A DNA stretch of 64,000 bases, from the NCBI GenBank assembly GCA_047495785.1, contig JBLDXI010000010.1, positions 2,418,001 to 2,482,000 of the forward strand, read 5' to 3'. This document shows, one piece after another, positions 29,954 to 42,536 of the stretch. Position 1 is the stretch's first letter. The number at the start of each line of letters is the position of its first letter. The notes below the pieces were generated by a model. The model was not told where the DNA came from, did not search any database, and saw nothing but the letters and a program-made list of their open reading frames with translations. This DNA comes from Lepidodermella squamata. Lineage: Eukaryota; Animalia; Gastrotricha. The position numbers and the translations under genes are program-made.

Positions 29954-31427
29954 ATGGGCAAACGTAAATCGCCTGCCAAAGCGCCTGAAACGCCCTCGCC
30001 ACCCCCGGCGGCTAAAACTCGAGGCGGCCGCGTGACGAAGAAAGAAGCGGCGGCTGCTGTGGCTAGTTCTGATTCTGGAAATGACGATTATCAACAACGG
30101 AGGGCACGGAATAATTCGGCGGTGACAAAGTGCCGGCAGACCAAAAAAGCGGCTGAACAACAGCGGAAGCAACGCATCGATGCGATGCGGCAGGAGAATG
30201 CTGCGTTAGCGGCAAAAGAGGCCGATTTACAACAGCAATACGATATGATGGTGAGTTGTCCCTGATTTGATGATTAATATTGTAATCAGTGGTTTGAATC
30301 AAGTTCATGAATATTCTTCGTTGGTAGCCCGAAGTTGAAGGAACAAATTGTTTACGCTCAACCTTGAACGAGAATTTATTAGAGGATTAATATTAAGCCA
30401 TTGTCTCATTTTGATGATGAATTTTGAAATTGACACTGTATTACCTGTTCTAAATGCCAAATTAATAATATCAAGAATGTTTTTATTTAGCCTCTGTCTA
30501 TAGCGTTTAACGGTTTAAATGTCAAATTATGCCTACATTTTATTGGTCGGATTAAATTTATCAAATGTGCATCCTTCAGACTTGATCTCCTTTACTCAAA
30601 ACGTGGAATTTGTGATCCCTCAAGTTTAAAATGTTTCCTGAGACCGCTTGAACAATAGAATTCTAACAGCCAACCATTAAAAGCTCGAAAATCGCCTGAG
30701 ATTTCAGATATTTTTCGTCATTCTCTAACATTTCAAACTTAAAAAGCAATCGTCTCATCAAAATTTACGAAATCAGTGGAATACATTTCCAATAAGCTAC
30801 CTTAAAATTTTTTAATAAGCCTCATTTCGTATTTTTCAGTCTCAACTGGTTGTTGTCGCTGCAACGGGTCAGCAAAGCGGGGCAGCATCAGCCGCCATCG
30901 TGCAACACGCCCAGCCTCAAGCAACTATCCACTACCAAAGCCCGCACCAACAACAACAGCAGCATTACTCGGACATCCCAGTGGTGATGGTCGCAACCTC
31001 GCCAGTCGCCAATTCGACAGCATCAGCCCCCACCTCAGCCCACGCCGCCCCTGTCTCGCCCCCAGTCGTGAAACGCGTCATCCTACACCCCGTCACGGTG
31101 TCCATCGCCGGATCTCCAGATCGTGCTAACCACCCGCAGCAACTGCCGTCGCCAACGTTGACGCTGTCGCTATCGCCGGCGCAGCAGCAGCAGTTGACGC
31201 CGCCTCAGCCGAAAATGCGCATCATCTCGCGAGTCTCCCCAGTCCCACCGCCACCACCTCATAATAACAGCGTAATACAGACTCAGGTAGTTGAGCAGCA
31301 TAAACAACAGGTTCCAGTAGCACCAGTACCTCAAGTAGCACCTCCCCAGCCTAAACCAGCCGCAGCAGCAGCGGCAGCGGCGCCTTCACCTCGCGGCACT
31401 CGCAGGACGTCGGCTCGTAAAAAGTAG
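29954..31427 (+). CDS. C/EBP-family bZIP transcription factor
   Basis: Exons 29954-30250, 30840-31427; basic region DDYQQRRARNNSAVTKCRQTKK with C/EBP-type Tyr and Val; zipper; P/Q-rich tail. Confidence 0.8.
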
Positions 31428-33222
31428 TGACACATGCAAAAGGCATCAACTTCAGTGTCTTGAGACAGATTTCGATGCACAGTTTTAGTGAAGTCTTGAA
31501 AGTGTTCAACTCCAGTGATTCAGTTTTAGCATGAAAGTTGGGATATTTTTTCAAGTTTTGCTGAAACCAACTGATTGAGACGCTGAAAAAAGCTACAGCC
31601 ACTGGTCACTTCTCACCTGATCTTACATTGTTAACAAATTGGCGCTATGCCAGTTTCGCTTATTAGAAAAACATCACACTTTTACAATTTTTATGGTAGA
31701 TTCTTCTAATTGCAAAATTGCGTCGTGTTACTTACTCTCTTTTTTGTTTATAAATAATATTTTTGCGTTTCGCCAGCGGTGCGTCGCCGTTCTTGTTGTC
31801 CGTTCTTGTGTCGCTCGCCTCTTTTTCCATTGAATAGCAACCACTTAACAGACGTCGGGTACTTGCTACTTCTGCATACCACTACTACCAATATTTATGT
31901 ACCACTGGTTATTTTTTGAGCGAGAAAATGCGCTTATTTTGGCCGCTGGCCGAGTCGCGTATGTAAATAATAAATGACGAGTGAGGTGGCGCGTCATATT
32001 AATTGTAACGAGCACAATCTGTTTTCTCTTTTTGGCAGACTTTTTTCTTGTGTTTTTTCTCGCGCCGTCTTCTTCTTTTACGTTTGCTATTTCTTCTTGT
32101 TTATTGATGTTATTTACTGATGGAAAGATGCGTATGAAGAGGAATTATGAATGAAGAAAAATTTATCTATATTTGTAATATTCTGTTTCTACGAGCGGTC
32201 GCTCTTTTGACTACACTGCGAATGAATAAAAAAAGGCGCTCTTGCTCCTGAATAATTTTCGGCGACTTTTTCATGCCTAGGAGTGTCAAAACTAGTGTTT
32301 GAACATTTCCCCCAGGCTAAAATTTAGATGAAGCCGATAGATTCGTTGTTAAGGAACTTGTGGAACTCCGGAAAAGCAGCCACATTTTATCAAGCTGTCA
32401 AATGAAAAGTGGATAAAATTGCCCAGCCATTGCATTTTTCAAATAGCGGCTGAAATTGGTACCGTCGAATTTGGGTATCCACTTCGATTTTATTTAAGCC
32501 AAAGTTATCTAGTTAGACGTGGGGAGAATTTTCCGAGAAGCGGATGCCTTCAGGGTATTTTCCTTTCAGAAGAACTCAGAAAAAAATCACTTCGGCGAAC
32601 TTTCACTCTGACGTCTTCTCTGTAACCTCTGTCGCGGAGGTCGCAACCAACAAGAGCCGCTCACTCGGGCGAGCGCCGCATTACGAATCTGGCCGTTCGC
32701 TGGACTTAAGCTCTGCGCGTCGGCCAGACACGCGCTGCTGTGCTGTGCACAAGCATGGCGGCGCGTGAAGGGCTGGCGCGTGGAACAAGGGTCTAGCGAT
32801 CGACAGGATCTGCAGTGTGGCGCAAGCTGACGAGTGAGCGGATTGAGGGCAGCGATTCTCTAACGCGGAAGCTGTGACAACGCCACAAGAAGTCATCTGA
32901 GTTACATTTCACCAAAAATCAACTATCTGAGACTGAAAAACGCGGAAAAGAATGAGAAATAACGAGCTGTCTATCCCTTTTTGAGCATCGAGAATAAGAT
33001 AAAAAAATAACGCTGTCACAGACTGTTAAGCCTGCGATGTGGAATTAATGGTTTTATCACCGTTGAAACGGCAACGAGGCGTCCAGATAACTCTAATCTC
33101 CGGTTCGACCGACCGACCTTATCGCACAACAGCTACGAAAGGAAGTCAAAATAGTGAATAACGTTATTAGTGCACAAAACAGCAACGGGTTCATTTTAAA
33201 ATTTGTTCCAGCTAGCTGAAAG

Positions 33223-36200
33223 ATGTCGGGTCACGTCAGCATCTTCCGCAGTGAGGAGATGTCCCTGTGCGACTACTTCATCCAGCCAGAAGCGGGTATG
33301 AATATTGTCGTTGTTGAGTTTTCTAGCTTCATGTAAGCAATTTTCCAGCTTTCGCCTGCGTCGCTGCGCTGGGTGAGTTAGGGTTCGTCCAGTTCCGAGA
33401 TCTCAACGAAAACGTAACCGCGTTCCAGCGAAAATACACCAGCGACATTCGCAAATGTGACGAGATGGAGCGCATTCTACGTTACGTTGATAAAGAGATT
33501 CAAGAGTGCGAACGTAAGCTGCTGCGCCATTTTTGGACTTGGATTTTCATGTCAAGTTCTCAATTTTCGTAGAAATCAGAATGTTCGAAGCAGGCGATAA
33601 TCCGCCCGTGCCTGGCCCAAAAGAGCTGAGCGAGTTGGAAAACACGTTGGAAAAGCTCGAAGGAGAGTTAAAAGAGGTCAGCATGAATGCCCAAACGTTG
33701 GAGCGAAACTACATCGACTTGATCGATATGCGCCACACATTGGCCTATGTTCAACTCCACACTGATAACACTGGGGAAATTCATGTTGAAGCGTCGGCTG
33801 AAGACTCCGACACTTCGGACAAAGCTATGATCATGCAAGACACGGCTTCGCTCGCTTCTTTGAAGTAAGAGCCTCAACAATAAGTTCCAGAAAAATTCTA
33901 TTGTTATCCTATTCTAGCTTCATTTCCGGGGTTATTCCTCGTGAAAAGGTTGTGAGTTTTGAGCGAATGCTTTGGCGTGTTGCCCGAGGTAACATCTACC
34001 TGCGTCACGCTTCAGTGATTCCGCTAGCTAGCGACGCCCCAACGTCCGTGGCTGCTGATTTGACGAAAAACCAGCCGCCAAAGGAGGTTTTCATCGCCTT
34101 TTTCCAGGGTGAGCAGCTGAAGTCTCGCATCAAGAAGATTTGCGATGCTTACCACGCCGTTGTTCACACGTTTCCAAGTGGACAAGTTGAGAGACAGCGA
34201 GTTAGAGCTGGCATTGAGACCAGAATCGCTGATTTGGTTTCAGTTTTGAGCCAGACTGAAGACCATCGCCATCGTTTGCTTCTAAACGCTGCTGCGAAAT
34301 TGCGTTTATGGGAAGCCCAGGTTGCCAAGGTCAAAGCAGTTTATCACGAGCTGAACAAATTCAACGTTGATGTTTCGACAAAGTGCTTGATTGGAGATGG
34401 GTGGTGCCCAACTGCTGAAATCGAACGAATCAGAATGGTTTTGGCCCAAGCTTCGGTACTTTCTATAGAATTATGAAATTATCTTGATGACAAAGTTAAC
34501 TTATACAGCAAAGCGTCGGAAGCTCTGTGTCTTCTTTCCTCCACCTTCGAGAGACCGATATGGACCCACCAACATACTTTCGACTGAATAAGTTTACGTC
34601 CGCCTATCAATCCATTGTCCATTCCTATGGTGTTGCCAATTACGGAGAAATCAACCCAGCTCTTTACACCACGATCACTTTCCCCTTTCTCTTCGCTGTC
34701 ATGTTCGGAGATATTGGCCACGGTTTGATTATGTTCCTGGCGGGCCTTTTCTTGGTTATCAAGGAGAAGAGCTTGATAAAACGTGCTAGAACTGACGAGG
34801 TAAAACTTATTTCTTCTAATATTCGCTTCAGGATCTGAAACGTTTTTTGAGTAGACTTTCAGCATGTTTTTCGGCGGTCGTTACATCATTATGTTGATGG
34901 GCCTGTTCTCGATGTACACCGGGTTCATTTACAACGACATTTTCAGCAAATCGCTGAGGATTTTGCCATCTTCATGGTACGTCAGCCCAAATCAGACGAT
35001 CATCGTTCCGATGGACAACCAAGACGCCGCAACCATGATGCTGGAACCGGTGAATCGCACCAACTGGAGGACAGTAGTCGACGAACCTTACGCTTTTGGA
35101 CTCGATCCTATTTGGAATGGAGCTACTGTTAGTTGCATTTTTACTGAGAAGCTAAGATGAATGTTTACTCAATATTCAATTCCTAACAGAATGAAATCAT
35201 GTTCAGCGATTCGATGAAGATGAAAATGAGTGTCATCCTTGGTGTCATTCAAATGTTATTCGGTCTGATTCTGAGCGTTGGCAACCACCTTCACTACCGC
35301 CGTTACTTGAGCATTTTCTGCGAGTTCATTCCTATGCTGATTTTCATGTCATGCATCTTCATGTCAGTCTTTTAATAATATCTGGAATTTGGATATTCAA
35401 TATTTCTCATACAGTTACATGGATGTTCTCATTGTCTGGAAATGGATCACAATCACGCCTGAAAACAGCTCTTGCGCGCCTTCTATTCTAATCGGAGTAA
35501 TCAACATGGTCCTTTTCTCCTACAAGGGTAAAAGTGCAACTTGCGCTGAACAACTTTTCGAAGACGTAAGCGAACTAAATTGTCATCGAATAGGGCTAAA
35601 GCTTGTTTTCATTATAGCTGAAACCTCTTCAAACTGCTTTTGTAATCTTGGCCGTAGCTTCAGTTCCATGGCTTCTTTTGAGCAAGCCGTTGATTATGTG
35701 GCGTCGAGCTGTCGCTAAGGAACGTCGCGAGGCTGCGGAAGCTGGTTTGCTACCTGGTGGAAGTTACGAACCTCCTCGCCTAGCAAATGAAGAGGGAGCG
35801 AAATCTTCCCCTAGAAGCAGTGATGATGAAACTGCGGATACAGCAGCTCTGGCTAAGAAGCCAGCTGCTCCAGCTGCTCCAGCTGGCGGTCACGGTCATG
35901 GTGGTCACGTAAGTGTTTCGATCACGTTATCGGGTTTCAATCAAGTCATATATTCTTTACAGTTTGACCTAAGTGAAGAATTGATCCATCAAGCCATTCA
36001 TACTATCGAATTTTGCTTGGGCCTCGTCAGTCACACAGCGTCTTACCTCCGTTTATGGGCGCTTTCCCTCGCCCACGTAGAATTGTCGCAGGTGTTGTGG
36101 ATGTACCTGCTCAAGCTGCCGATTACGGCCGGAACAACCAGCTACCTCGGGGCCGCTATGATGTTTGTGCTATTCACAGTATGGGCATCGCTCACCATTG

Positions 36201-36343
36201 GCATTCTTGTGCTCATGGAAGGCCTTTCGGCTTTCCTTCACGCCCTCCGTCTGCATTGGGTCGAGTTCCAGTCCAAGTTTTACGGTGGCCAGGGCTATTC
36301 ATTCGCACCGTTTTCATTCGACAAAAATGCGGACGACGAATGA
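33223..36343 (+). CDS. V-type proton ATPase V0 subunit a (116 kDa)
   Basis: Start [16 protein letters not shown]; [13 protein letters not shown]; [12 protein letters not shown]; [11 protein letters not shown]; [15 protein letters not shown]; [16 protein letters not shown] (essential Arg); [16 protein letters not shown]; several ~50-nt introns. ATP6V0A family, paralog not assignable. Confidence 0.97.
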
Positions 36344-36542
36344 GCAGCTGATGCGTGGGCTGCTGAAAAACTCTCTTGATTTTTCCTAATTTGGATAGAT
36401 ATTTACGCTGAAGAATAAATGATAGAACATTGAATAAGATTACTCCCCATAATTATTTACCAATCAATTGAAGGCAATAAAAATTCAACTTCGGTTGGAA
36501 CAAAGATCAAGGAGTACAATAATGACGCTTTTTATACAGCGA

Positions 36543-36614
36543 AGCAGAGTGGCGCAGTGGAAGCGCGCTGGGCCCATAACCCAGAGGTCTGTAGATCGAA
36601 ACTACGCTCTGCTA
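36543..36614 (+). tRNA. Initiator tRNA-Met(CAT)
   Basis: A1:U72, three G:C pairs closing anticodon stem (CTGGG-CC-CAT-AA-CCCAG), T-loop ATCGAAA; T-run terminator follows. Confidence 0.95.
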
Positions 36615-36739
36615 AAGCTCACTTTTTTACTGCTTCTTTTCGTTCAATTTGATTGGATTTGGCGCATACGCAAATCATTTGGATATCTGTGGCGTGTTAG
36701 ATTATCAAAAGCGGGCACTGGCCTGTACCTTTGGCCACT

Positions 36740-36898
36740 AAACTTACCTGGCACTGGGATGCGCCTCGATCACGAAGGGGGCCGCCCCAGGGCGAGGCGG
36801 GCCATTGCACTTCGGTCCGCTGACCCCTGCGCTCTGCCTCATCGGCGGAGTCGGGTGCAAAATATTTCACTTGGGTATCGGCGTTCGCGCCACACCCG
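36740..36898 (+). ncRNA. U1: U1 snRNA
   Basis: 5' AAACTTACCTGG; loop I GATCACGAAG; loop II ATTGCAC; helix H GCAC/GTGC; SL4 GGCG-TTCG-CGCC; Sm site non-canonical. Confidence 0.9.
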
Positions 36899-37461
36899 TA
36901 AATCAAAGGAAAAATTATCGTATGCATATCAGCTGTGAGACTAGACGCTGACTGACTTTTGTGAAATGAATCTGAGAAATATTCCTAGTCACCCTGGAAT
37001 ATCTGCTTAATTCGAATTTTAAGGATGGGTTGTTAGTTGATGGGTGGTTCGGTGGCCTGGTGGAGACGCGGGTTGGTTAAGCGGGTCCCACTTGGCAATC
37101 TGAGGATCCCGTCGCCTGATCCGTCGTGTCACAATCGCAGTAGCGCTATAGGGACCGCACTTGAATGTTCCGATCGGCGCGGCTATCTGAGCCAAATGCC
37201 CCAGTAGCTTAGGGGGTGCTTAATTCGACTGCAGCACACGAATGTTTATTTCTAACACACTTCCCTGTGACGTTGAAAGTTTGTGGTCTCGGCTTTCGCC
37301 TTACATTTTGTGCTCACACGCCGAAAAACGAAAACTAAAAATACCAAGGCGTAGAACCTGCCTGATTCTATAAGCACATAATTTTTATTCATGAGACTAA
37401 CCACCAGATCTAGATGAAACTAGGTGAGCATTCTCTCTAAATGTCTAATCATTTTCGTCAC

Positions 37462-39018
37462 TCATATTGTATTGATGTCAAATCCATCAGATGTAGATGT
37501 TACAGGCATGGGTTTCCCGGTGAAATCGTCAGCACGGCAAGGCGTACGACCTACGACACGGCGTACGCGAGTTAAAGAGCAATGAGCTGCCGATTCGGAG
37601 AAACCACTACGGCTCGAAGTAACAAAGTCCATTTTGGTCAATAGCAGCCAATCGACGTAGGTCTTGGCCGTTTCATACCACAACTCATCGCTGATTTCAC
37701 CCTCCCAAACAAATTTATTCGGCCTGCCGTCGATGTGTGTGATTGACAAATTGTATCGCTCGTCCGTTGTGAACAATTTCATAGTAACAGAAGGATTTAG
37801 GGCCGCGAAGACTTGCAAAAGCTGCTCAGTATAGTTGAATGCTGCCACACTGTCGGTTGTCATGAAAAACGTGACATTTTTCCCAACATTTTCTGGTTGT
37901 GCCAGGTACTGCTTTATTTCCACCATAAAACAATCTGCCTCTGGAATGTTGTCCCGAATGACGTTGTCAATAGCTGCAAAAGTCAGATATATGCACGAAT
38001 TCTACGTTATAAAAGATTAATTTAGCCTACCGTAGGTTCGCAGTTGGATTCCGATCCTCTTCGAAGTTTTCCAGAATTCTCGTCCGATCGAATTTTCAAT
38101 GATTCGATTGAATAGAGCTTTCATTTTCCTGTTGGGTTTCTCGAAAATAAGCCGCATAGCCGCTGAAATTGCAATGTTGAAATCGTTATTGTGATCTACC
38201 AAACCGGGCGCGTTTTCATCGAAATTAGCCTTGAACACAGGGTTTTTCAGCAAAAAGTCCAGCCCGGCATGTCGATTCGTCATCATTCGCCAAATCTTGA
38301 ACTCCCCATAGCTCTCCGCCAATTCTTTACCAGCGAACAGTTGGGCGTAACGCATGTTGTCCATCGGAAAACGATGGGACAGCCATTTTGTCGAGTTATG
38401 ATCGTAAGGAGCTTCGAAAATCGCTTTAATCGGCTTCTTTTCCAAATTATAAAAATGGTCATTCACGTCGTAATAGTCAGCGACATCGCCTGGTTTGCGC
38501 CATTCGATGTTGAAAATGCGATTGGTAGCGATAGCAAGGTAGAAAGCGATAACAGTGCCCCTGAGGCGATCACCGATGCCGCAACAGTCCGGCTCGGCGT
38601 ACTGGCAATAACTGCCAGACGGTGACAAGGTTGGGTACATAAAGTCGCAACACGAGTAGTTGGAAACCATTGCTGGTTTGCAGAAAGACGAAACGAATTT
38701 GAGGCTGTCGATCGGCTCAGACTTCAGCTTGCGCTCCATTTTTGAGAAGTAGTGGCTTTTGATGGACTCAGCTAATGCTGCCGCCTGAGCTTGCCGTGGA
38801 GTCATGTCAACCTGGGCAAGTTCGGCGTAAAGTTCATCAACGGAGGACGGCTTTGTGGCGCCAATGTTCGAAACGCCAAGTTTCTCCAGGCGGGATCTGA
38901 CAGCTAAGCCATCCTTATTCAGTATTGAGTAGAAGACAAGCACAGATGCGATAAAGAGAAGAGTCCATTTCATAAGAACCTTGAAGTTCCAACATAACTT
39001 AACGTAGCGACTTCCCAT
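37462..39018 (-). CDS. Type II membrane fucosyltransferase-like glycosyltransferase (GT23/GT37/NodZ-like motifs)
   Basis: Exons 39018-38031, 37973-37462; N-terminal TM anchor; GIGDRLRG...AFYLAIATNR; IGIQLR; FFMTTDS; DWLLLTKMD...SRSGFS. Confidence 0.8.
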
Positions 39019-39372
39019 TCTTTAGCTGAATTAATTCGGTTGAATGAGTGATAAAAAGGTGGGAAGTGAAAAAAATATAAATGTTCAACGAAATGAACGC
39101 TTGCGCACGCGTTTGTTCACGCTTTGGCTGCTCATTGATTTTTTTTCCGCGATAACAACTAACAAGGGTCCACACTAAAATCGACAGGAAACTCGAAAGT
39201 TAACAAATAGCCTTCCTAATTTATAGGATATAGAACTAAATGAACAACAATTTGAGCATCTGCGTCTTCTTCAATCTTGCTTTTATTTTTTGAAATCAAA
39301 TTCCGTTGCTGAATTAATTGATGGGAGCAAGCGAGGTTGGCAAGCTGCACATTTTTTTGATTCTCGATGTTG

Positions 39373-42300
39373 TCACGCGGCTTCACCACCTTCCCGTGAA
39401 ATATCGCCTGCTGCCTCATCGTCCGAGTGAAGTGACAATGGCGCCGCTGTCGCCGGTATGATCAGGAAGAGCACGAGCGGCACGGCTATATTCCATGCCG
39501 CATTCCTACAGAAAACATAACATGTAGGCCCCTTACCCACCAGAAAGAAATTTTCAATTTGACTTACGCATACATGAGCACCTTGTCTACGGCAACCGTG
39601 TATAGAAGCCACCGGCGCTTGAGTTCCCTGGTATCATCGAGGAGCGCCGCCTGGCCTCGTTTCGGCCGTTTCGATTTCTTCGGCCGCTTTTGCACCGGCT
39701 CGTTGAGCGGCGAGGGCTCTTCAGCACTCGACATGCCCATCTGCGAGTCATCAGCTAACTGCTTGATGGGCACCAAGGTTGAGCGAGTAGGACGCATCGG
39801 TCGCGGTGGCGAGTTGGCAGGCGGTGAAAGAAGTCTCGGAACCGCGCCTGGCTCTGACATTGGCGACATGGCCTGGGTCACGTAATCAGTACTAAAGCCA
39901 CTGAAATGGCCGCTGAGGCCAGGATCCGTTTCGCCATCGGATGCAACGGCTGGTGTTACAATGAGGCGTAGCGATCTTGGGGGAGGCGGCGGCAAGCTGG
40001 AGCCGGACCGCCTACGGACATCTGAATCCTCGTCACCATCAGGCCGTGCTGGCCATACGATGGAGAAGAATGCGACCATAAGCGCGGGTATAGATGGCTC
40101 TTCGTGTGGAAAGCGTAGCACGGCGTACATCATGAAAAAGGTGACGATTAGTGCGAAAACGAGATTGCAAGACATCATGGTCATGTATATTTGCAGCAGA
40201 GACATTGACTCGGATGATTTCGGAATGTGAACGGCAACGCCAGCTTGCGTTACCGAAGTACCGATAAACAGCTGAAAGACGGACAAAATTCAGGATATAG
40301 CTTTTTCGAGCAAAAATTGGAGCTGCAGAACTGGGAATTCTTCTCGCACCCATAGGATCACATTGTGATCGAGTTACTCAATTCCGCTGTACTAATCTAT
40401 GATTTCGCCGAAAAATAGGTTGACAAAACGGGCAGGTATAGTATATTTACGCTTCCTAAGTTTTGCTGGTTAGTAATATATGGCTCCCGGAATAATTTAG
40501 GCCACGTTTTACTTTAATCGATTGAGTCCGGAAATTACGGCCAGAATTTAACATTGAGCACAATTAATTTTTCCTCTATGACGACGCTTCGAATCCTTCA
40601 AGCTCCCAATATGAACATCTTTCAATCTTATTTAGTTTACGACCAATTGCTCTCATGGGACAAGAGAAACTAGAAAACTACGCCACGACTTTTGCCCAGT
40701 TTTTTCGAGACAAATCAATAAATCACTCGAGCGGATTTATAATTAAATTCGTGGGCAACCTAATTATGCACCCGGAAACAGAAAGCCATCAATGTATTGC
40801 TTCGTTTCCTTACTAGCCCAGCATTAGAGAGGTCCGGGTCAATTATAAATGAACTTATGTTTCATCCGAACTACCGCCGTAAAAGAATTTCATACCAATG
40901 TCCAATTTTAGTGCCTTGAAATAATATCATTAAAGCGGTATTCTGACTCACCGAGGTGAGCATAGCCATACGGCCAGGATGCTCGACGGGTAGAGTGTGT
41001 GAAAGCGTTTGCAGGAAGGCGAGCAGCAGCTGCGGAAAGATAAAATACATGAAATAGTACTGGCTTTTCCTCCGCAGCATGTAGACGAAGGTGATCGATG
41101 AGAAGTTTTTGCCATCGTAATCAGCCGAGCCCATGTTCACTTCATAGGACAAAATGGCCCACTGGTGGTTCGTGTAATACTCCTTTATATCGACCGTATT
41201 GCCGTACTTTTCATAGGGCACGATTTTCAAGTAATCGCTAGGGTGAATCCATGACTCAAGGAAAACTTCGCAATGTTGGTCTAGAATAAAACTTTTAACA
41301 AGCAGCACTTGAGGATATGAAAAATACTAACGATCGAAAGGAAAATAAGTGATGTGAAGGTTGCATCGGGTCGTCAGTCGGCCTGAAGGGTAAAAGCCGA
41401 CCTCTCCGTTGTGATCGATGTCAACATGGGTCACTTTCCGAGTCATTGAAAACGGTTCTGGTGAGTTGACAATGGAAATATCTGGTACCCAAATCGCTGA
41501 GCTAGAAACTGCTAGCCAAGTTAGATTTCCGTAGCGCTAGCAATTAAGGTATTAACGTTTGAGTGAAATTAAAACAGGCGATAGGAAATATTGACTCACC
41601 ATAGGGTCCCAAGATAAGAAGCAGTCGGTCCATTTCTAAAGAGAAAAGTTTACCAAGAATAAAATCAAGTTATTTGGACAAACCATTTTGATAGCTGCCG
41701 CCATAATCATTATCTGATCGCGCTCAATCTATAGATTATTGATTTTAGCTCAGTTATCTTGGCGCTGATTCTAAATCCTTACCAGCTCCTCGATCATCAT
41801 AACACTCATGCCAACCTCAACAATGATCGCATCGTGATGATCTACGACAGGCCGCACGTGTTTCAGGTAGCGACTGTTGACGCCAATGAGATCAGCATAG
41901 AGTTGGTACTCGACTGACTGCTCCGGCCGCCTGAAACTGCTCGTTGGAAACGTTTTCCGACCGGCAGCTTTTTGCGTCGACGTAACTGGCAATTCGTCGT
42001 CGAAATCATGTGGACGACGCTCTGTCTGCTCCGTATAATCATCCTCCTGATCGATCATACCCTTAGAAGCGTCCCTTAGGTGTCGCGTAGATGTCGCAAC
42101 TTCTGAATTCGGTTAAAATTTTAACAGATTGAAAAATGGTAATTGAAAAGCAATTTAAGATTTGATTTAAGATATTGGCCTCGAATGGGCTTGAAATGCA
42201 TACGGGGCCCGTCAGATTACGAGTAGAATTCCCAAAAAAAATTACGTTGTTAAACCTTTTAGGACCATTCATTCAGAAGCTTTTTTGGCCAAAACTTCCA

Positions 42301-42536
42301 GCCATAAATGGCCTTTTACCAGTTTGCCTCTCCTTTTCTAACGCTATAAGTTGCTATATATAGATTGCCAAAAACCTACCGTTGCGCGTTGCCGTGTTCC
42401 GCATTTCGGCTTGAGCGCGGCGACCCGGTCCGACTGTGCGACTTGAACGTGTTGTTGTCACCGTTCCGCCGCTATGCGCTGCGACGAAGGCTAGCGCCAA
42501 CAGCAACGCGAGACCGAACAACTCACGGGCGGCCAT
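39373..42536 (-). CDS. Divergent Cys-loop ligand-gated ion channel subunit, nAChR-like, non-alpha
   Basis: Signal peptide; YLKHVRPV; WTD..LSWDP; IWVPDI; Cys-loop CNLHITYFPFD-QHC; LRRKSQYY-M1; M2-M3 IPKSSES; M4 AVDKVL; no vicinal Cys in loop C; multi-exon. Confidence 0.9.

Noticed and set aside
37040-37245. RNase P/MRP, 7SL or tRNA-Sec identity for the GC-rich segment
   Set aside because: Conserved P4, SRP and Sec motifs not found; left as unexplained
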